64,000 nucleotides of DNA, from positions 70,000,001-70,064,000 of the forward strand of contig NW_024704743.1 of the NCBI RefSeq assembly GCF_018977255.1, given 5' to 3'. Of the stretch, positions 39,006 through 52,299 are shown one piece after another; position 1 is the stretch's first letter; every line of letters begins with the position of its first letter. The notes beneath the pieces were generated by a model. It had not been told where the DNA came from and made no database searches. It saw only the letters and a program-made list of their open reading frames with translations. Made by a program: the position numbers and the translations under genes. Source of the stretch: Callorhinchus milii. Its lineage: Eukaryota.

Positions 39006-41863
39006 AAATGTTTAAGATGTAGAGCAAAAAAAGGTTGAATCCAGAACTTAGAGCTCAAGAGTTATGAGATAGAGATTCACAGAGTGAAACTCCTGCATGT
39101 AAAGGAGTTCCTTCTAAACTCTATTTAGATTATCTAATGGGTAGCTTACATTTTTGCCCCTCTATACTTACCAACAGATACATACATATAGATACAGGCT
39201 AAAATGAAAAAAACAATTGGACACATTGATTTCTGTAGAAAATGCTGATTTAATGGTCTGAGTGATCTATATTTTCTTATATTCCTGTAAAACAACCTTA
39301 GAATTTACTGTTGGCAGGAATGAGAGCTTACACGAGTAGTGCAGTTTTCCCTGAAACATTTGCTATTTTTGGAAGAAGAAGAACAAATGAGGAAGAATTC
39401 TGGAATTTTGTTGTTGTTATTTTGTACAAAGATGTAGTTAATAATATAAATCTATGTATTTACAAGAAACGTTGCAATTGTAAAATATACAATCCTGCAA
39501 TTGAAATGGGCATCCCTGCACAGCTTAGTTTAGTGGTATTTCATAACATGGCCGAATGATATTTGACAGCAGAAAGTGAACATTCCGATTGCGCAGGAAC
39601 AAATAAATGAAAGGAGTGCTATCATTTTAAATTCAAGTTGTTTATATGAAACAAATAAGAGCAAAAACTACAAATGTGGGCACAGGTTACAAAAGGAGCA
39701 ACTAAAAGATAATATATTTATATGCTCTATTTATAATGGGATTTACATGCTAATGTGCTATAAACAGATGGGAATTTATAAGATTGCTGTTGCCACTATT
39801 CACATGCTAACATAATGACGTGGCTATCCAACAGGTTACTCACAGTGCTATTCACACATCAGCTTGGTGAGGAAACGTTTAGATACATATTCATGTTTAA
39901 TTTAGTTGTAGCTTGCTAACTTCCTTAATTGATAAGTTAGATCTATTATAATAAATCCTGTTACAGTAAACAAAGTTACACATTTCAATGGTAGTGAGGC
40001 CATCTGGTAAAGTTTAGTATAAGTGTGTATTTTTGTAGGTGATCACAGCCGATGTGCACACAGCAATGTCCCATAAGCAGCCATGATCTGAATGACCAAT
40101 TTTATTTATTGACTAGGAATCCAAGAGTAACGCCTTCTTTTTTTCAAAACGTACCATGGGATCTTTAATATTCACCTGAACAGGCAAAGAGGGCTTCAGT
40201 TTAATGTCTCACCCGAAGGACGGCACCTCTGACAAAACAGCACTCCTGCAGCATTATAATGAATCAACATCCTGATGTGTCACAACCATCCGACCCAGAG
40301 GCAAGACTGCCGCCAACTGAGCAGGTTGACATCATTATTATTGTGAAAAGTAGTGATTTTGTCAGCAAACTCAGCAGCCATTTGTGCCAGCAAGATTGAG
40401 GTGAATCACCAATTAATCTGGAGGGTTAGCCAGGATATCAGGAAAAAATTCATCTGAAAAATGGGACACAAAACAATGCAGTCTCCCCTTAGTACTCTAT
40501 GAGAGTGTTTACCTATGTTTGTAAGCAATACATTACAATTCCTTTAAAAATGTGCAACATCCATGCTGGAACAGGGATGTCTGTGTGTGTGGGTGGACAT
40601 TGGATGAGCACTCGATTGCTAAATTACATAATACGTTCAGATCTTGATATGTTGGTTGAACCTACAACGAAGAATTCTACTATCGGTGCCTACAACAACA
40701 ATGATTTTCACTAGAGGGAGAGAGCATCACAAAGCACTTTACAAGTTAAAGTGGGAGCTTGGGTCCGAAGTGGCAGCCTGGAGTATCTGGCTGACATTAC
40801 AAGTTACAAAATATTGAAAAATGTGACACTCTAAGCTCAAAACACTAAAAATACCAGAAATTACTGCCTCCGTATTTTGTACTAATAGTAATATGTGACC
40901 ATCTTAATTTTTACAATGTTGTTCGCAAGATATAAACTTATGATTTTCTAAATTTTAGTTTTCAAAAATACAAATTAAAGTACTTGCAAAGTGCGCAGAG
41001 GAGTAACTTCTAAGAATTCAACTTTATTCTTTCATTGACACAAAGACTTCAATATTGCTCAAAAGAAATGAATCAACAAGGAGTGCCTAATAATTATGAG
41101 TCAGTATGTTTTCCATGGGTTCCCAGTGCAAGAAGGTACTGGGCTGTCCAGCTAAGGCCCTCCTAACCTTTGCAGCTTTGGCTTGAAAAATATGTATACC
41201 TTGAACACAAGTTGTATTACTGCAGATCTTATCTACTTTTCCTCTTCAGAGCTTGTGCCTGTTCCACCAGAGGGAAATTCTGATTACCTCCTCTCCCGGT
41301 GAAGGATACTTTTAGGCACAATGATGATTTTATCTGATTTGAACCGTTGAAGGGTTAAGTGAACCCACTTGGATTCAAATCCATTTCCTTCTGGTGCTGC
41401 ATCAAATGAGCTCCCTGTGATGTTTACTCAGAAGATGAATAGCAAAACCCCAAAATACAAAAGAAAATATAAAGATAATGTGATACTAACTGTAACACTT
41501 CTTCCCTTTATATAACCCTGTTACCAATAATTTAATTAAAGATTGCAATGTGCCATATCTATTTATTAACAAGATGAGAAAATGTAGAAAAATTATTCCA
41601 AATCATTCTTGAACATGTTTTACCTTTAAACTATTGGTAGAAAGATGAGAGAAGAGTACCCTGCTAGTCTCTGGGTAGGTAGTTATTTTTTGTATCAAGA
41701 GAGGATTGCAATACTGTATAAAAAGCAAGGTTATATGACCCTGTATTTTCTTTAGTATTCATGTGGGAAAGCTGCAAAATATTTCATTCTGCACATTTTC
41801 TATGATATTTTCTTCTTTTGTCAAAGAACAATTGAAAAGAACCATATTAGTGCAAGGACTCAC

Positions 41864-42030
41864 CATGTCTTTGCGGTTTCCCATAGTTTTGCTGTGTGAT
41901 CGGGAACGGGAGATTGTACTGAAGAACGAATCTTTCTTTGCAGAAGACAGAGGAGGCGAAGCTGTACTGTCTCTCCCAGCAGGCAAACTCTCAGTACTTG
42001 GCGAGGAAGTAACATGAGTAGAGCTGTGAC
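41864..42030 (-). CDS. TBC1D5: TBC1D5 coding exon, (G)HSSTHVTSSPSTESLPAGRDSTASPPLSSAKKDSFFSTISRSRSHSKTMGNRKDM
   Basis: 167 nt, ctctctcttag acceptor and gtgag donor, phase 1 to 0. Matches human SSPSVESLPGGR...KKDSFFSNISRSRSHSKTMG. Confidence 0.95.
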
Positions 42031-42793
42031 CTAAGAGAGAGGCAAACGGCTTATAAAATGAAAGTATAAAATTTACTTAAAATTGATTTTTATGACAGGT
42101 TTTAAAAGCTTTTGCTGTGTTTTGTTAGGGAGGTGACATTCATGAACACCAACAAGATTTTTTGATGCGACATATAAGCTCGCAACAATTGACAGGATCA
42201 AAATAGTTACAAAGAAGGACTCTATTTACTGAATCTCTGACTCACAGCATTTCATAATGAAACATTTACGCTGTGACGTTTGATATGTGTTGTGAGTAAT
42301 TTTGTCAAAAGTTTGGGGCATTAATGCCAAATCTGGGTCAGCAAATGGGGTGTTGTTAGAATTTGAAGGTAGATGTGATATACTCCATTTTAGGTCACAG
42401 TATCAGCTTACTACACGTCGATATATCCATCAAATACCACAGTTACAATAGGGGTACTTGATGGACGTACATTAATAATAACACATGCTTCTAAAACAGA
42501 AATCTAGTCTTTGAGAATGTGATTTTTTATAGTGACTGAGTTTTTTGGTACGTGTTAAGCTGTCTATTTGTTATATCTGCTTCATTAAAACTATCTATGA
42601 TTTTCTTCTGCTATTGGACACCAAACCCATTAAAATATTATTATCTTAAGTTTTACTCTGTAGAGGCACATCACGATTGGCTTTTACAGTTCTGTACACT
42701 TGTACAAAAGCATAAACCAAATTTATACACTTCTATAAAAGAATACACCAAATCCTCTCGACATTAAAGGCAATATACAAATGTAATTTTGTA

Positions 42794-43162
42794 TTGTAGC
42801 TCAATGGTTGGAGCACTCGCCTCACAAGTAGAAGACCAGGATTCGATTCCTGGCAAGGCGAAATGTTGGACAAGTTTCCTTACTCCACATGCCTCTGTTT
42901 ACCTAGCAGTAAGTAGGAACCAGGTTGTTAGTCGATTGGCGGATCGTTTTTCCGGGGGTAATAATTCTTTCAAAAAAATAATAATTATAAATTGGTCACT
43001 TCAATCTACAACTGTTTGTGGGACACTGCTGTGCACAACTGGCTACCGCATTTCACCCACAAAATATACAGTCAATTCACTTTACAGTATATTCTGTGAA
43101 GCGCTTTAAAATGTCTCGAAGACATGATAGGTGCTGTAACAAATGCAAGGATTATTATTATA
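42794..43162 (+). mobile_element. tRNA-headed SINE, long-body subfamily
   Basis: Full head, CORE-like block and tail. Confidence 0.9.
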
Positions 43163-43889
43163 TTATGATTATATTGTAATTATATTAATATTAATTGCAC
43201 TGCCCAATCAAACTAACCACAGTATTGATTATCTTATAAACTTATTTTAGTCATTTAAAAAAAAGTGAACAGCTCCTCACACATGAAATCAAGCAGTTTA
43301 ACAGATATGGGTAATATATTATAGGTGTATTGGGTACATATATTATAGGTGTACATTGTTCCCAATACTACACAGTTTAAAGGGAAGCTGTCATCCTATA
43401 ATTTAGAAATAATATGCAAAATTCTTTCAACACATCTAACTTTTGAATCAATGTAATTAAACTGTAGCTGATTAAACTTCAGCAGTTTTTGTCCAAACTG
43501 AGGAGATCCCAAAAAGGAACGTCCCCATTCCTGTAAAGCTCCCATAGATTTCCTGGAAAGATACATTTAGTTTCTCATCATCCTGGGAACCAAAGTAAGG
43601 CATTGCATCAAACATTCCAATGCTACTCACAAATTCCCAGTGCTAGTCCTGAGCTTGAGATCTCAAATGAAGCCCAGTGTATTTCAGACCCCAAATTTCC
43701 AATAGTACAAATTCTATAGCTTTTTGGACAGGTATACGTTAAGACATACAAGGACAAATATACCTCCCTTAATATTGTATTACCTGGAAAATAAATGTAA
43801 CCTTACATTAAATGTAACCTCTGTTAACCTTCACTAATATGTAGTTCAAAGGTTTTCAACCTGACATTAACATTTTGCATCTCATCAAA

Positions 43890-44217
43890 AAATAATAATC
43901 TTTATAACAATAATAATCCTTGCATTTGATATAGCGCTTTTCATGTCTTCTAGACGTCTCAAACGCTTCACAGAATATACTGTAAAGTGAATTGACTGTA
44001 TATTTGTGGGCGAACGCGGCAACCAATTGCGCACAGCAATGTCCCACAAACAGTCGTGGATTGAAAATGACCAATTTATTATTGTTTTTGTTTTGGAGGG
44101 ATTATTATTAGGCGTGTGGAGTAAGGAAACTTGCCCAGGGTTTCGCCCTGCCTGGAATTGAACACAGGTGTCTCGCTTGCAAGGCGAGTGCTCTGACCAC
44201 TGAGCTACAGGACTCCA
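43890..44217 (-). mobile_element. tRNA-headed SINE, short-body subfamily
   Basis: Well-preserved head ggagtcctgtagctcagtggtcagagcactcgccttgcaagcgag and tail. Confidence 0.9.
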
Positions 44218-44696
44218 CAAATATATACTAATATGAATGAGGATTGTAAATAGATTTCCAACTTCAAATTTAATTTATTCGCAATAAAAATTAACGCAGT
44301 TCTTTGAAAAAGCATCTGTGTAAATATTGTACAATGATGAAAATCCATGACTGTCTTACTTTTGCCCCACACTGGAGACATTTCAATAACTTAGAAAGAG
44401 ACTTATTGAGTCTGTGCTGTTGCCCTCACTCGAGCTATCTCGTGTAATCCCATATGCTTTAATGTTACTTTCCCTTAAGTATTAATGCTTTTATGGACGA
44501 CCATTCAAGAACTATCTGTGATAAGATACAGCAAATAGAAATATTATAATCTATAAAACATCCTATATACATTTTGACTATTAATCTTTCAGAACTCCAA
44601 TGTATTTTCCCTGGATGAGCAATGTTAATGGTATTGATCAAGATACATCTGGCATTGGATTCTACATCCTTAAATGTGATCTGATTGTTTAACTGT

Positions 44697-45245
44697 CCTT
44701 CCTTCCTCATATCCGTGCCATGATCCGCTCTGACTTCCCCCACCTCCTCAACACTGCCCGTCTCCGCCACTGCCTCATCCCTCAGGCCACCGGACCACTC
44801 ATACGCACATTCGTCACCTCAAGGCTCGAGTACACCCTCCTTGTCGGCCTCCCCAACTCTTCCCTCCACAAGCTGCAGATCATCCAGAACTCTGCAGTTC
44901 GTGTCCTCTCCCTGCACCAGGTTCCATGACCCCATCAACCCCACCCTCGTCCGACTCCACTGGCTCCCCATCCCTCAAAATCCTCGTCCTCACTTTCAAG
45001 GCCCTCCTACCTCTCTGACCTGCCGACCCCCCTATCAACCTGTTCGCTTGCTCCATTCAGCAGGCTCCCGCCTGTTCCATGTCTCTTGCCTGACCCGCCC
45101 TACCACTGGCGGCCGGGTTTTCAGCCTCTCTGTCCCACCCTTTGGAACTCCCGCAATCCCTTCGCTTTGCTCACTCTGTTCAGTGCCTTGGGACGTCCTT
45201 TCGACATGAATGGTGCTTCACAAATGTAATTTTGTTGTTGTTATT
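44697..45245 (+). mobile_element. L2-clade LINE 3' fragment (family A)
   Basis: FVTSRLEY..LHKLQIIQNSA.RVL, (GTT)n tail. Confidence 0.85.
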
Positions 45246-45869
45246 GTTAACCCTGTGACCCAGTTGTCAGTGCTCTCTGTTCTCTACTATCTCGTGTTGA
45301 CAACTATTATTGCCATAGAGTTGGCTCAAACATTTTCAATAAGACCAGGTTTGTTCTGGAGGCTTGTTATTTAATAACACAACATTATTGCGGAGACATC
45401 AATACTGGCATTCCTTACCCACAACAGTGCACTTGAAATGGATATTTGCAATGAAACGTTTCCTGGAACGTCGTAGTTAGGTATGTTGAGCTAATCTGAC
45501 AAAGATTTGGGGGATAATTTATTTTGCGGTGGAAGGTGATTGAAAAATGGAGGATATGCTTACTTCCAAGGAATTAAACCTCAAACTAAAAGAATATCAA
45601 TAATATTGCTTCTTATACAGAGAAGTTCACTTCAAGTTGCACCGTGCTACGTTGCATTGTGCCATACAGATCAGAAAGGTCCTAGGTTCAACATGTACAT
45701 GGTCCCTCTTCTTGGTGACATTATCCATAGACACGGGGTCAACTTCCACATGTATGCTTACGGCCACCTCCCCTCTCCCCCCAGCTCAGAGTTAGGCTTC
45801 ACCATTGTTAAGTGCTCTGAGATGCTACCCTGTGTGGAGGACGCTATATAAGTATAAATTGGTGTGTTT

Positions 45870-46180
45870 AATAATAATAATCCTTGCATTTGAGATAACA
45901 CTTTTTATGTCTTCCAGACGACTCAAAGTGCTTCACAGAATATACTGTAAAGTGAATTGACTGTCTATTTGTGGGCGAAATGCGGCAGCCAATTGCACAC
46001 AGCAGTGTCCCACAAACAGTCGTAGATTGAAGCAACCAATGTATTATTGTTTTTTTTTATTGAGGGAATATTATTAGGAGTGTGGAGTAAGGAAACTTGC
46101 CCAAGGTTTCACCTTGCCGGGAAATGAACCCAGGTCTCTTGCTTGTGAGGCGAGCGCTCTAACCACTGAGCTACAGGACT
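45870..46180 (-). mobile_element. tRNA-headed SINE, short-body subfamily, nested in an L2
   Basis: Complete head and tail lying between two L2 RT segments. Confidence 0.88.
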
Positions 46181-46186
46181 GGACAA

Positions 46187-47128
46187 TATGCGGATGACAC
46201 CCAACTCTATCTCTCCATCTCCATCTCCACCCTTGACTCCAGGACCACTGCTCTCCTGACAGAATGTCTGTTAGACATCAAGTCCTGGATGAGAGCTAAC
46301 TTTCCACAGTTGAATGTCAACAAGACCGAGGCTCTCCTGATTGGCTCCGTCAGCGCCTCCTCACCTCAGGTGCTGACAGCATCACCATCCACGGTTGCAC
46401 ACTCCATCTTGCTAAGCCAATCCAGAACCTTGGGGTCTTGCTTGACCCTCAACTATCCTTTCTATCCCACCTCCGTGCCATGACCTGCTCTGCCTTCTCC
46501 CACTTCCTCAACATCCCCCCCGGCTCCGCCACTGCCTCTCCCTTCAGGCCACCAAAATCCTCATCCACACATTTATTACTTCTAGGTTCAACTACGCCAA
46601 CTGCCTGTTTGTCGGCCTTCCCAACTCTTCCCTCCACAAGCTGCAGATCATCCAGGACTCTGCAGCTTGTGTCCTCTCTTGCACTAGGCCTCGTTACTCC
46701 ATCATCCCCACCCTCGCCTGGCTCCACTGGCTCCCCATCCCCCAGAGGATAGAGTTCAAAATCCTCATCTTCATCCTCACCTTCAAAGCCCTCCACGGCC
46801 TTGCTCCTTCCTAACTCTGTGACTTGCTAACGCCATACCAATCTGTCCGCTCCCTCCACTCAGCAGGCTCCAGCCTGCTCAACGTCCCCCGCCCGGCAGT
46901 CGGGCTTTCAGCCTCTCTGCCTCCACTCTTTAGAACTCCATCCCACATTCCTTTCACCTCAAGTCCCTCCTCTTTGACCGCACCTTTGGTCACCCTCCTA
47001 CCTCTACCCTCTCTGCCCTCCACCCCTCCTGATCCCATCCTCCTGTTCAGGTCCAAATTGCTGACTGTCCAGCACCTTGGAAAGTCCTCCCGATGTGAAA
47101 GGCACTATAAAAATGTAATTTGCTGTTG
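46187..47128 (+). mobile_element. L2-clade LINE (family A), RT-to-tail fragment
   Basis: [28 protein letters not shown], with 3' stem-loop. Confidence 0.88.
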
Positions 47129-48418
47129 TAGGTTCACTCCTTAATTTGTATTCATTTAGCGATTTTAGTCAAGCAGCAGTTATTTTTTCTCTGATTTATC
47201 AAGACGATTTGTTAATATTCGTAGATCAGTAGATAAGTTATGTAAGTGTACATGATATTGTATTTTGTGTCTCAGATTGCTTCACGTGATTGACTGTAAA
47301 GTGTAGTAACTGTTTTTTGTAGGTGAATGGCATACATCAGCTCTGCTGATAACAGCAGGATAACAGCAGCATTTTAGATGGAACGGTATTCACCAATTGT
47401 AAGCTGTAGCATGTAGCTAATTGCATATTGCTGCTATGACTCTTTCCCCATTGAAGTGTTGGAAAAAGGCAATAAGATGTGAATGTGAAACACTCAAATA
47501 GATCTATGAAAATATCATCAAATAACCCTCTGAGTCCAAAAATATTTTTTTCGTGAACTGCATCACAGCTGATCCACAATCCCATAAATCTGCCTAAGCA
47601 GTATAATCACATAGATGATGGTCACATTTCTTCTCAATGATATATATATCTTATATATGTATACATGTGAAGCAGGTCAACAAATTCTGTTGAAAAGAAA
47701 ATGACTTATTCACCGTGTATCCAAAACAATACACAGATATATCATGCTTAAATAATTTGTGAAGCCAACCTTCACACCTTCACTGTATTGGCCATTTAAA
47801 TGTGGCATCACATTAGGTGTGTGACATCCTTTAAAAAATCTAAACTCATACTGAGATGTTTATAATAGATAATGATATAATCAGTGAATAGAGAACCTAA
47901 GATGCTCATACCAGATTAAGTACATAATTTACCCAGATAATTTATGATCTTGGTACTTTGCAACAGATCTGCAAAATTGGTGACATTAATTTTGCCATTA
48001 TACTTTTTAAAAAAAAAACAAATCTGTGATATTAAACACTCAAAATGATCACTGGTTGTCTTGCAGCAAAATGAAATATGCTGACTGACTGCTTAAATTT
48101 GCAGCTGCAATCAAGTATGTACACTCTGATTATATTACTTTTATAAAAGTCATTCTTGTATAAAAACATACCTTTGGGGTTTATTTCATCAGCTTAGCAT
48201 GCAAACAGCATAGTGAGATATGGGCATGAAACTCATTAATTCTTTAAGCAATGCTGCCCCACAGTGGCAGGATTTTGACAGTGTATCACACAGGTAGAAA
48301 TGGATGCGGCATCAACAGCACTAGAAAAGAAAGCCTAAGATGCTTTGGTGACCACAAGCAAATGGAGATACTACAGCCAATACAACACAAAATGATAAGC
48401 TGCTATGGTAATTGTTAC

Positions 48419-48484
48419 CTGAGAGCTCAGTAATTGTCTTGGCAGGGATACATGCCTGAGCACCATCTCCTGTAACTACCTGCC
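48419..48484 (-). CDS. TBC1D5: TBC1D5 66-nt symmetric (phase 1-1) cassette exon, (G)QVVTGDGAQACIPAKTITELS(G)
   Basis: ttttcttatttactag acceptor, gtaac donor, open and frame-preserving. Resembles the 22-aa insert I recall for the longer human isoform (GDVVTGSDAQVSVP...). Confidence 0.8.
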
Positions 48485-48989
48485 CTAGTAAATAAGAAAA
48501 GTTATTTGCAAATGACAAGATGGAGCGTTTTAGGTTACTTTTGCTTAATTATGCTTAGATAAATCTTTTGATGTAATTATCGCTACATTTGATACTGTGC
48601 CTTATTATGTCAAAATATATCAAACTCCTTCGTAGAGGTTTTTGTAAAGTGTAGTTACTGTATTTTGTAGGTGAACGTGGCAGCCAATTTGCAAACTGCT
48701 CGAGCACTGCATTGGAATGTCAGCCTAGACTATGAACTCAGCCAAGACTTGAGCCCACAGCCTTCTGACTCAGAAGCAAAGAATGCTACCAATTAATCCC
48801 GGCTCGTGAGATCATATTTATTCCTTTATCAAGAAATTGTAGGTAACAAAAGACAAAAAAGGGCTTTGGTAAAAGGACATCAAAGATTAAACAAGTCAAT
48901 AGAAGTAGAAACATTATTCTGAATAATAATTGAATCTTTATCCAAGTGGCTATCCTTCACTTCAGTAAGGGTTTGCACAGAGTATTTCT

Positions 48990-49212
48990 CTTTGACCGAG
49001 CCTTCAGCTCCCCTCTCGACTCTCTTCCCCCTTCTCGCTCCCTCCCATTCCTCCCCTCACCCTGACCATTTCCCCCCTCCTCGCTCCCTCCCCTCCCCTC
49101 ACCCTAACCATTTCCCCCCTGCTCGGGTCATGACCCAACTGTGCAGCGCCTTGGGACGTCCTCCTGACGTGAAAGGCGTTTTATAAATGGAATCTTGTTG
49201 ATGTTGTTGTTG
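48990..49212 (+). mobile_element. L2 family A 3' UTR-only copy
   Basis: Near-identical to 37316-37545. Confidence 0.88.
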
Positions 49213-51209
49213 ATTTTTTTTTACCTCTGGGGCCAATTATGTTGTCTGGAAATATCATAGTCTGTATGGCTCCCTATCTCATGAACTGGTGGATTTATTT
49301 AACAATAGGAGAGTTAGCCAAACAAGATGTTTTTGCAAATATATTATACATGGTTTTAGGCTGTGCCATCAATCCATTGGAAGTCACTTGTTCCCTTTAA
49401 ATAATGACAGAGATTGACAGCGTAATTGTGTTTGATAAATTATAGCCAGGTACTTAGCACCAGCCTTCCGTGATAGGAGCTACAAAAGAATCAGACTGAC
49501 CAGAATCAAGTGTTCCTGGGAACCAAGAAAGGTGCAAGTTAACCGCAAAGTGGTGGTGGGAATGTGGAATTCTCCTTCACAAACTTTTGTTGAGGGATTA
49601 ATTCTTTAAAAAGAAAATCAGACAGATACTTGAAAAAGAGGAATATTCAACGGTATGGAGGAGAATGGGATGAGATCAAGTGTCTCATGTTGAGAATACA
49701 TCTGCTCTGACTTGATGGGATAAATGTCCAATTTTCTTGTCATAACATTCCATGATTCTATAAACCAGAACCTTCAGTAGAGATTCAGATATGCACACTA
49801 GTGTGGTAGACAGTGCTTCCAGCAGAGTGCTCAAAATTCATTGAAGAATGTAACAATAATCTATTTATACATTGAATTTGGTTAGTGGATACGGAGTGAA
49901 CTCAATCTGAAACAAACTAATGTTGGAAGCAGAGTGCAAAGCTTGTAAGTTGAGTGTTTTGCTTAATTGGTATTAAAGAGCTAGTCACATAATTAGTTCT
50001 TTAATAACATTACTAAATGCTCCCTGAAGGTGCTGAGGTCACCATTGGACTGCTTGTATGCTTTCAAATGAGAACAAAGGAATAAGACCAATTCCATTGA
50101 TGGTGTGTATGCTGAAATGGAGGGAGGGGGAGGGTAAATCAAACTGTTCTCAACAGCATCTCCTTCAAGAAGTATTTCATTGTGGCATTTCATTTTTTCC
50201 AAGAGTTAAAGCGCTTAAGGGCTCCAAGTCTCTACCCACATAAAGGGCATGATATATGCACATCTTTGTTGTTTAGTGTCGTTGGCATGGTGAATTTCTG
50301 ATCTTGTCCATATCACTGGGAGAACATCAGATTGCAAACTTCCTAGCTATAATCGTTTCGCCCACAACATATACAGTTAATTCACTTTACAGTATATTCT
50401 GTGAAGCGCTTTGAGACATCTCAAAGATGTTAAGAGAGAGGTGCTATATCAAATTCAAGGATTATTATTATAATTCCACACTGGAAAAGGCAAGGGAGTA
50501 GATTACTTGCGTTGATTCAAGCAAAATATAATAAATTCAAGCGCTGTCTCTGCCTGTTTTGCTGGTGAATAACAAAACTCCACGAACTTGAAATAAACAT
50601 TAATAGTGTATCTTTTTAAGCCAGTAGGAAAGAGACTCGTACCTATGTTAGTTCCATACAACAAGCCATAAATGTGATACGAGAGCCAATAAACACCTGA
50701 ATGTCGCAGTAATACTGGACTTGAACTTGAAGCCTGCTTTATGGATTTGAAGTTTTAAAGAAATTATATTTACTTTTTTGGTTAAGTAAAAAAATACATT
50801 GCATCCCCAATATGTAGAAAATAGTAAATTAATCATATGTTAAAGGTGCAGGCAAGACTATTTTTCTTTTGGGGATAAGGGTTTGAAACTGTGTATCTGC
50901 CCATCTCATATCTGTGGGTGCACTTATCCACACCAGGTTCTGATGCAATACTACATTTGGAGCTGAGAGGTATCAGCAAAAAATAATCCGATAGTGTGAA
51001 TCAATGTAAGGTTTCTTGGTTTTCATTTGACTTGTGCAGCCCAGTGTAGCATTAGAGAGGGGGAAGAGAATCAGAGAAAAAGAGAGAAGGGGAAAGAGAA
51101 AGAGAGAAAAAGAGAAAGAAAGAGACTGAGAAACAGAGAGAGATTGAGAGAGGGAGGGAGAGGCTGATCCACAGCTTTGCTCCCTCCTACTTCTGTGATC
51201 TGCTAACAC

Positions 51210-51553
51210 CACATCAACCTCTCCGCTCCCTCCACTCAGCAGGCTGTGGCTGCTCCTCGTCTCCTGCTCGGCCCGCCCCTCCATCAGTGGTCGGGCTTTC
51301 AGCCTCTCTGCCACCAACCTTTGGAACTCCAGCCCACAGTCCCTTCAACTTGCTCCCTCTCTTGCCTCCTTCAAGGCATGTGTCAAGACCCTCCTCTTCA
51401 ACTGCGCCTTTGGTCACCCTCCTACCCCTACCCTTCTTGCCTTCCACCCCTCCTGATCCCAAACCATGCTCAGGTCCAAATCCCTGATTGACCAGGGCCT
51501 TGGGAAGTCCTCCCGATGTGAAAGGCGCTATACAAATGTAATTTGGTGTTGTT
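51210..51553 (+). mobile_element. L2 family A 3' fragment
   Basis: gtcgggctttcagcctctctg..gtcctcccgatgtgaaaggcgctat tail. Confidence 0.82.
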
Positions 51554-52045
51554 GACTTTGAACTATGTTAAAATATCGCAGAAGAAAATGTTTCAGTTGT
51601 CTTATTTCTTGCAGCAGAGCAAATCAATGAAACATTAGAATTTTGTTGAGAGGATCACAGTGTGCAATAATCATTTAAATCACAAGATAAGATACACATG
51701 CTAGAACTTCAGCAATATGGCATTCGACCTGTATTTAATTCCAATTATTATTGTTATTCTAGCCAAGCCGGTCAAAAATGGGCATGTTTCGCCAAATCTC
51801 AATTCTGGTTTCACTAGACTGTGTTTACAATTCCAGATCAAATATTTTATGCCAGCAGAAATCTCTAATTATTAATTCTGGGGGAAGAGAGAAAGAGAGA
51901 GAAGAGGTAGGTCAAGCCTTTCTCATACAAGTATACAACTACATGATGACAGGAACATATACACTGTAAAGTGAATTGACTGTATATTTTGTGAGTAAAA
52001 TGCTATGTTTCAGCTCAAAAAGATATATCCTATGGTAACACTTAC

Positions 52046-52299
52046 CTTTGCTGAGCTGCACAGGCATGCTTTCAGATTTCATCATTCGTTGCTGCTGTTG
52101 CTGTTGTTGTTGGGTGTGTTCTACCATGGCCTTGCTGGGTGGATGCTGAGGTACAAGGTTACTGCTGCCGGTTGTACCAACGGTTTGAAAATTGCTGGTA
52201 GCACCAACTGTAATGGCTGGACTTATTAGTTTCCGCCCCAGATTCATCAGGCTGCTGGACACTTTATTAATGTTCAATGGAGCAACCTTGGCACCGGCA
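52046..52299 (-). CDS. TBC1D5: TBC1D5 coding exon with polyQ, (R)AGAKVAPLNINKVSSSLMNLGRKLISP...QQQQQQQQRMMKSESMPVQLSK(G)
   Basis: 254 nt, ccag acceptor and gtaag donor, phase 2 to phase 1. Strong match to human PLNINKVSNSLINFGRKLISP...QQQRLMKSESMPVQLNK. Confidence 0.95.

Noticed and set aside
43308..43353. Two-copy ~23-nt tandem duplication
   Set aside because: Ordinary slippage duplication with no spacers, so not CRISPR-like.
51055..51160. Polypurine tract and the SLSQSLS-type ORF on the opposite strand
   Set aside because: Degenerate (GA)n low-complexity sequence.
52087..52112. PolyQ tract as an unstable expansion
   Set aside because: Only 8 Gln with mixed CAA/CAG codons, similar to the tract recalled in human TBC1D5.
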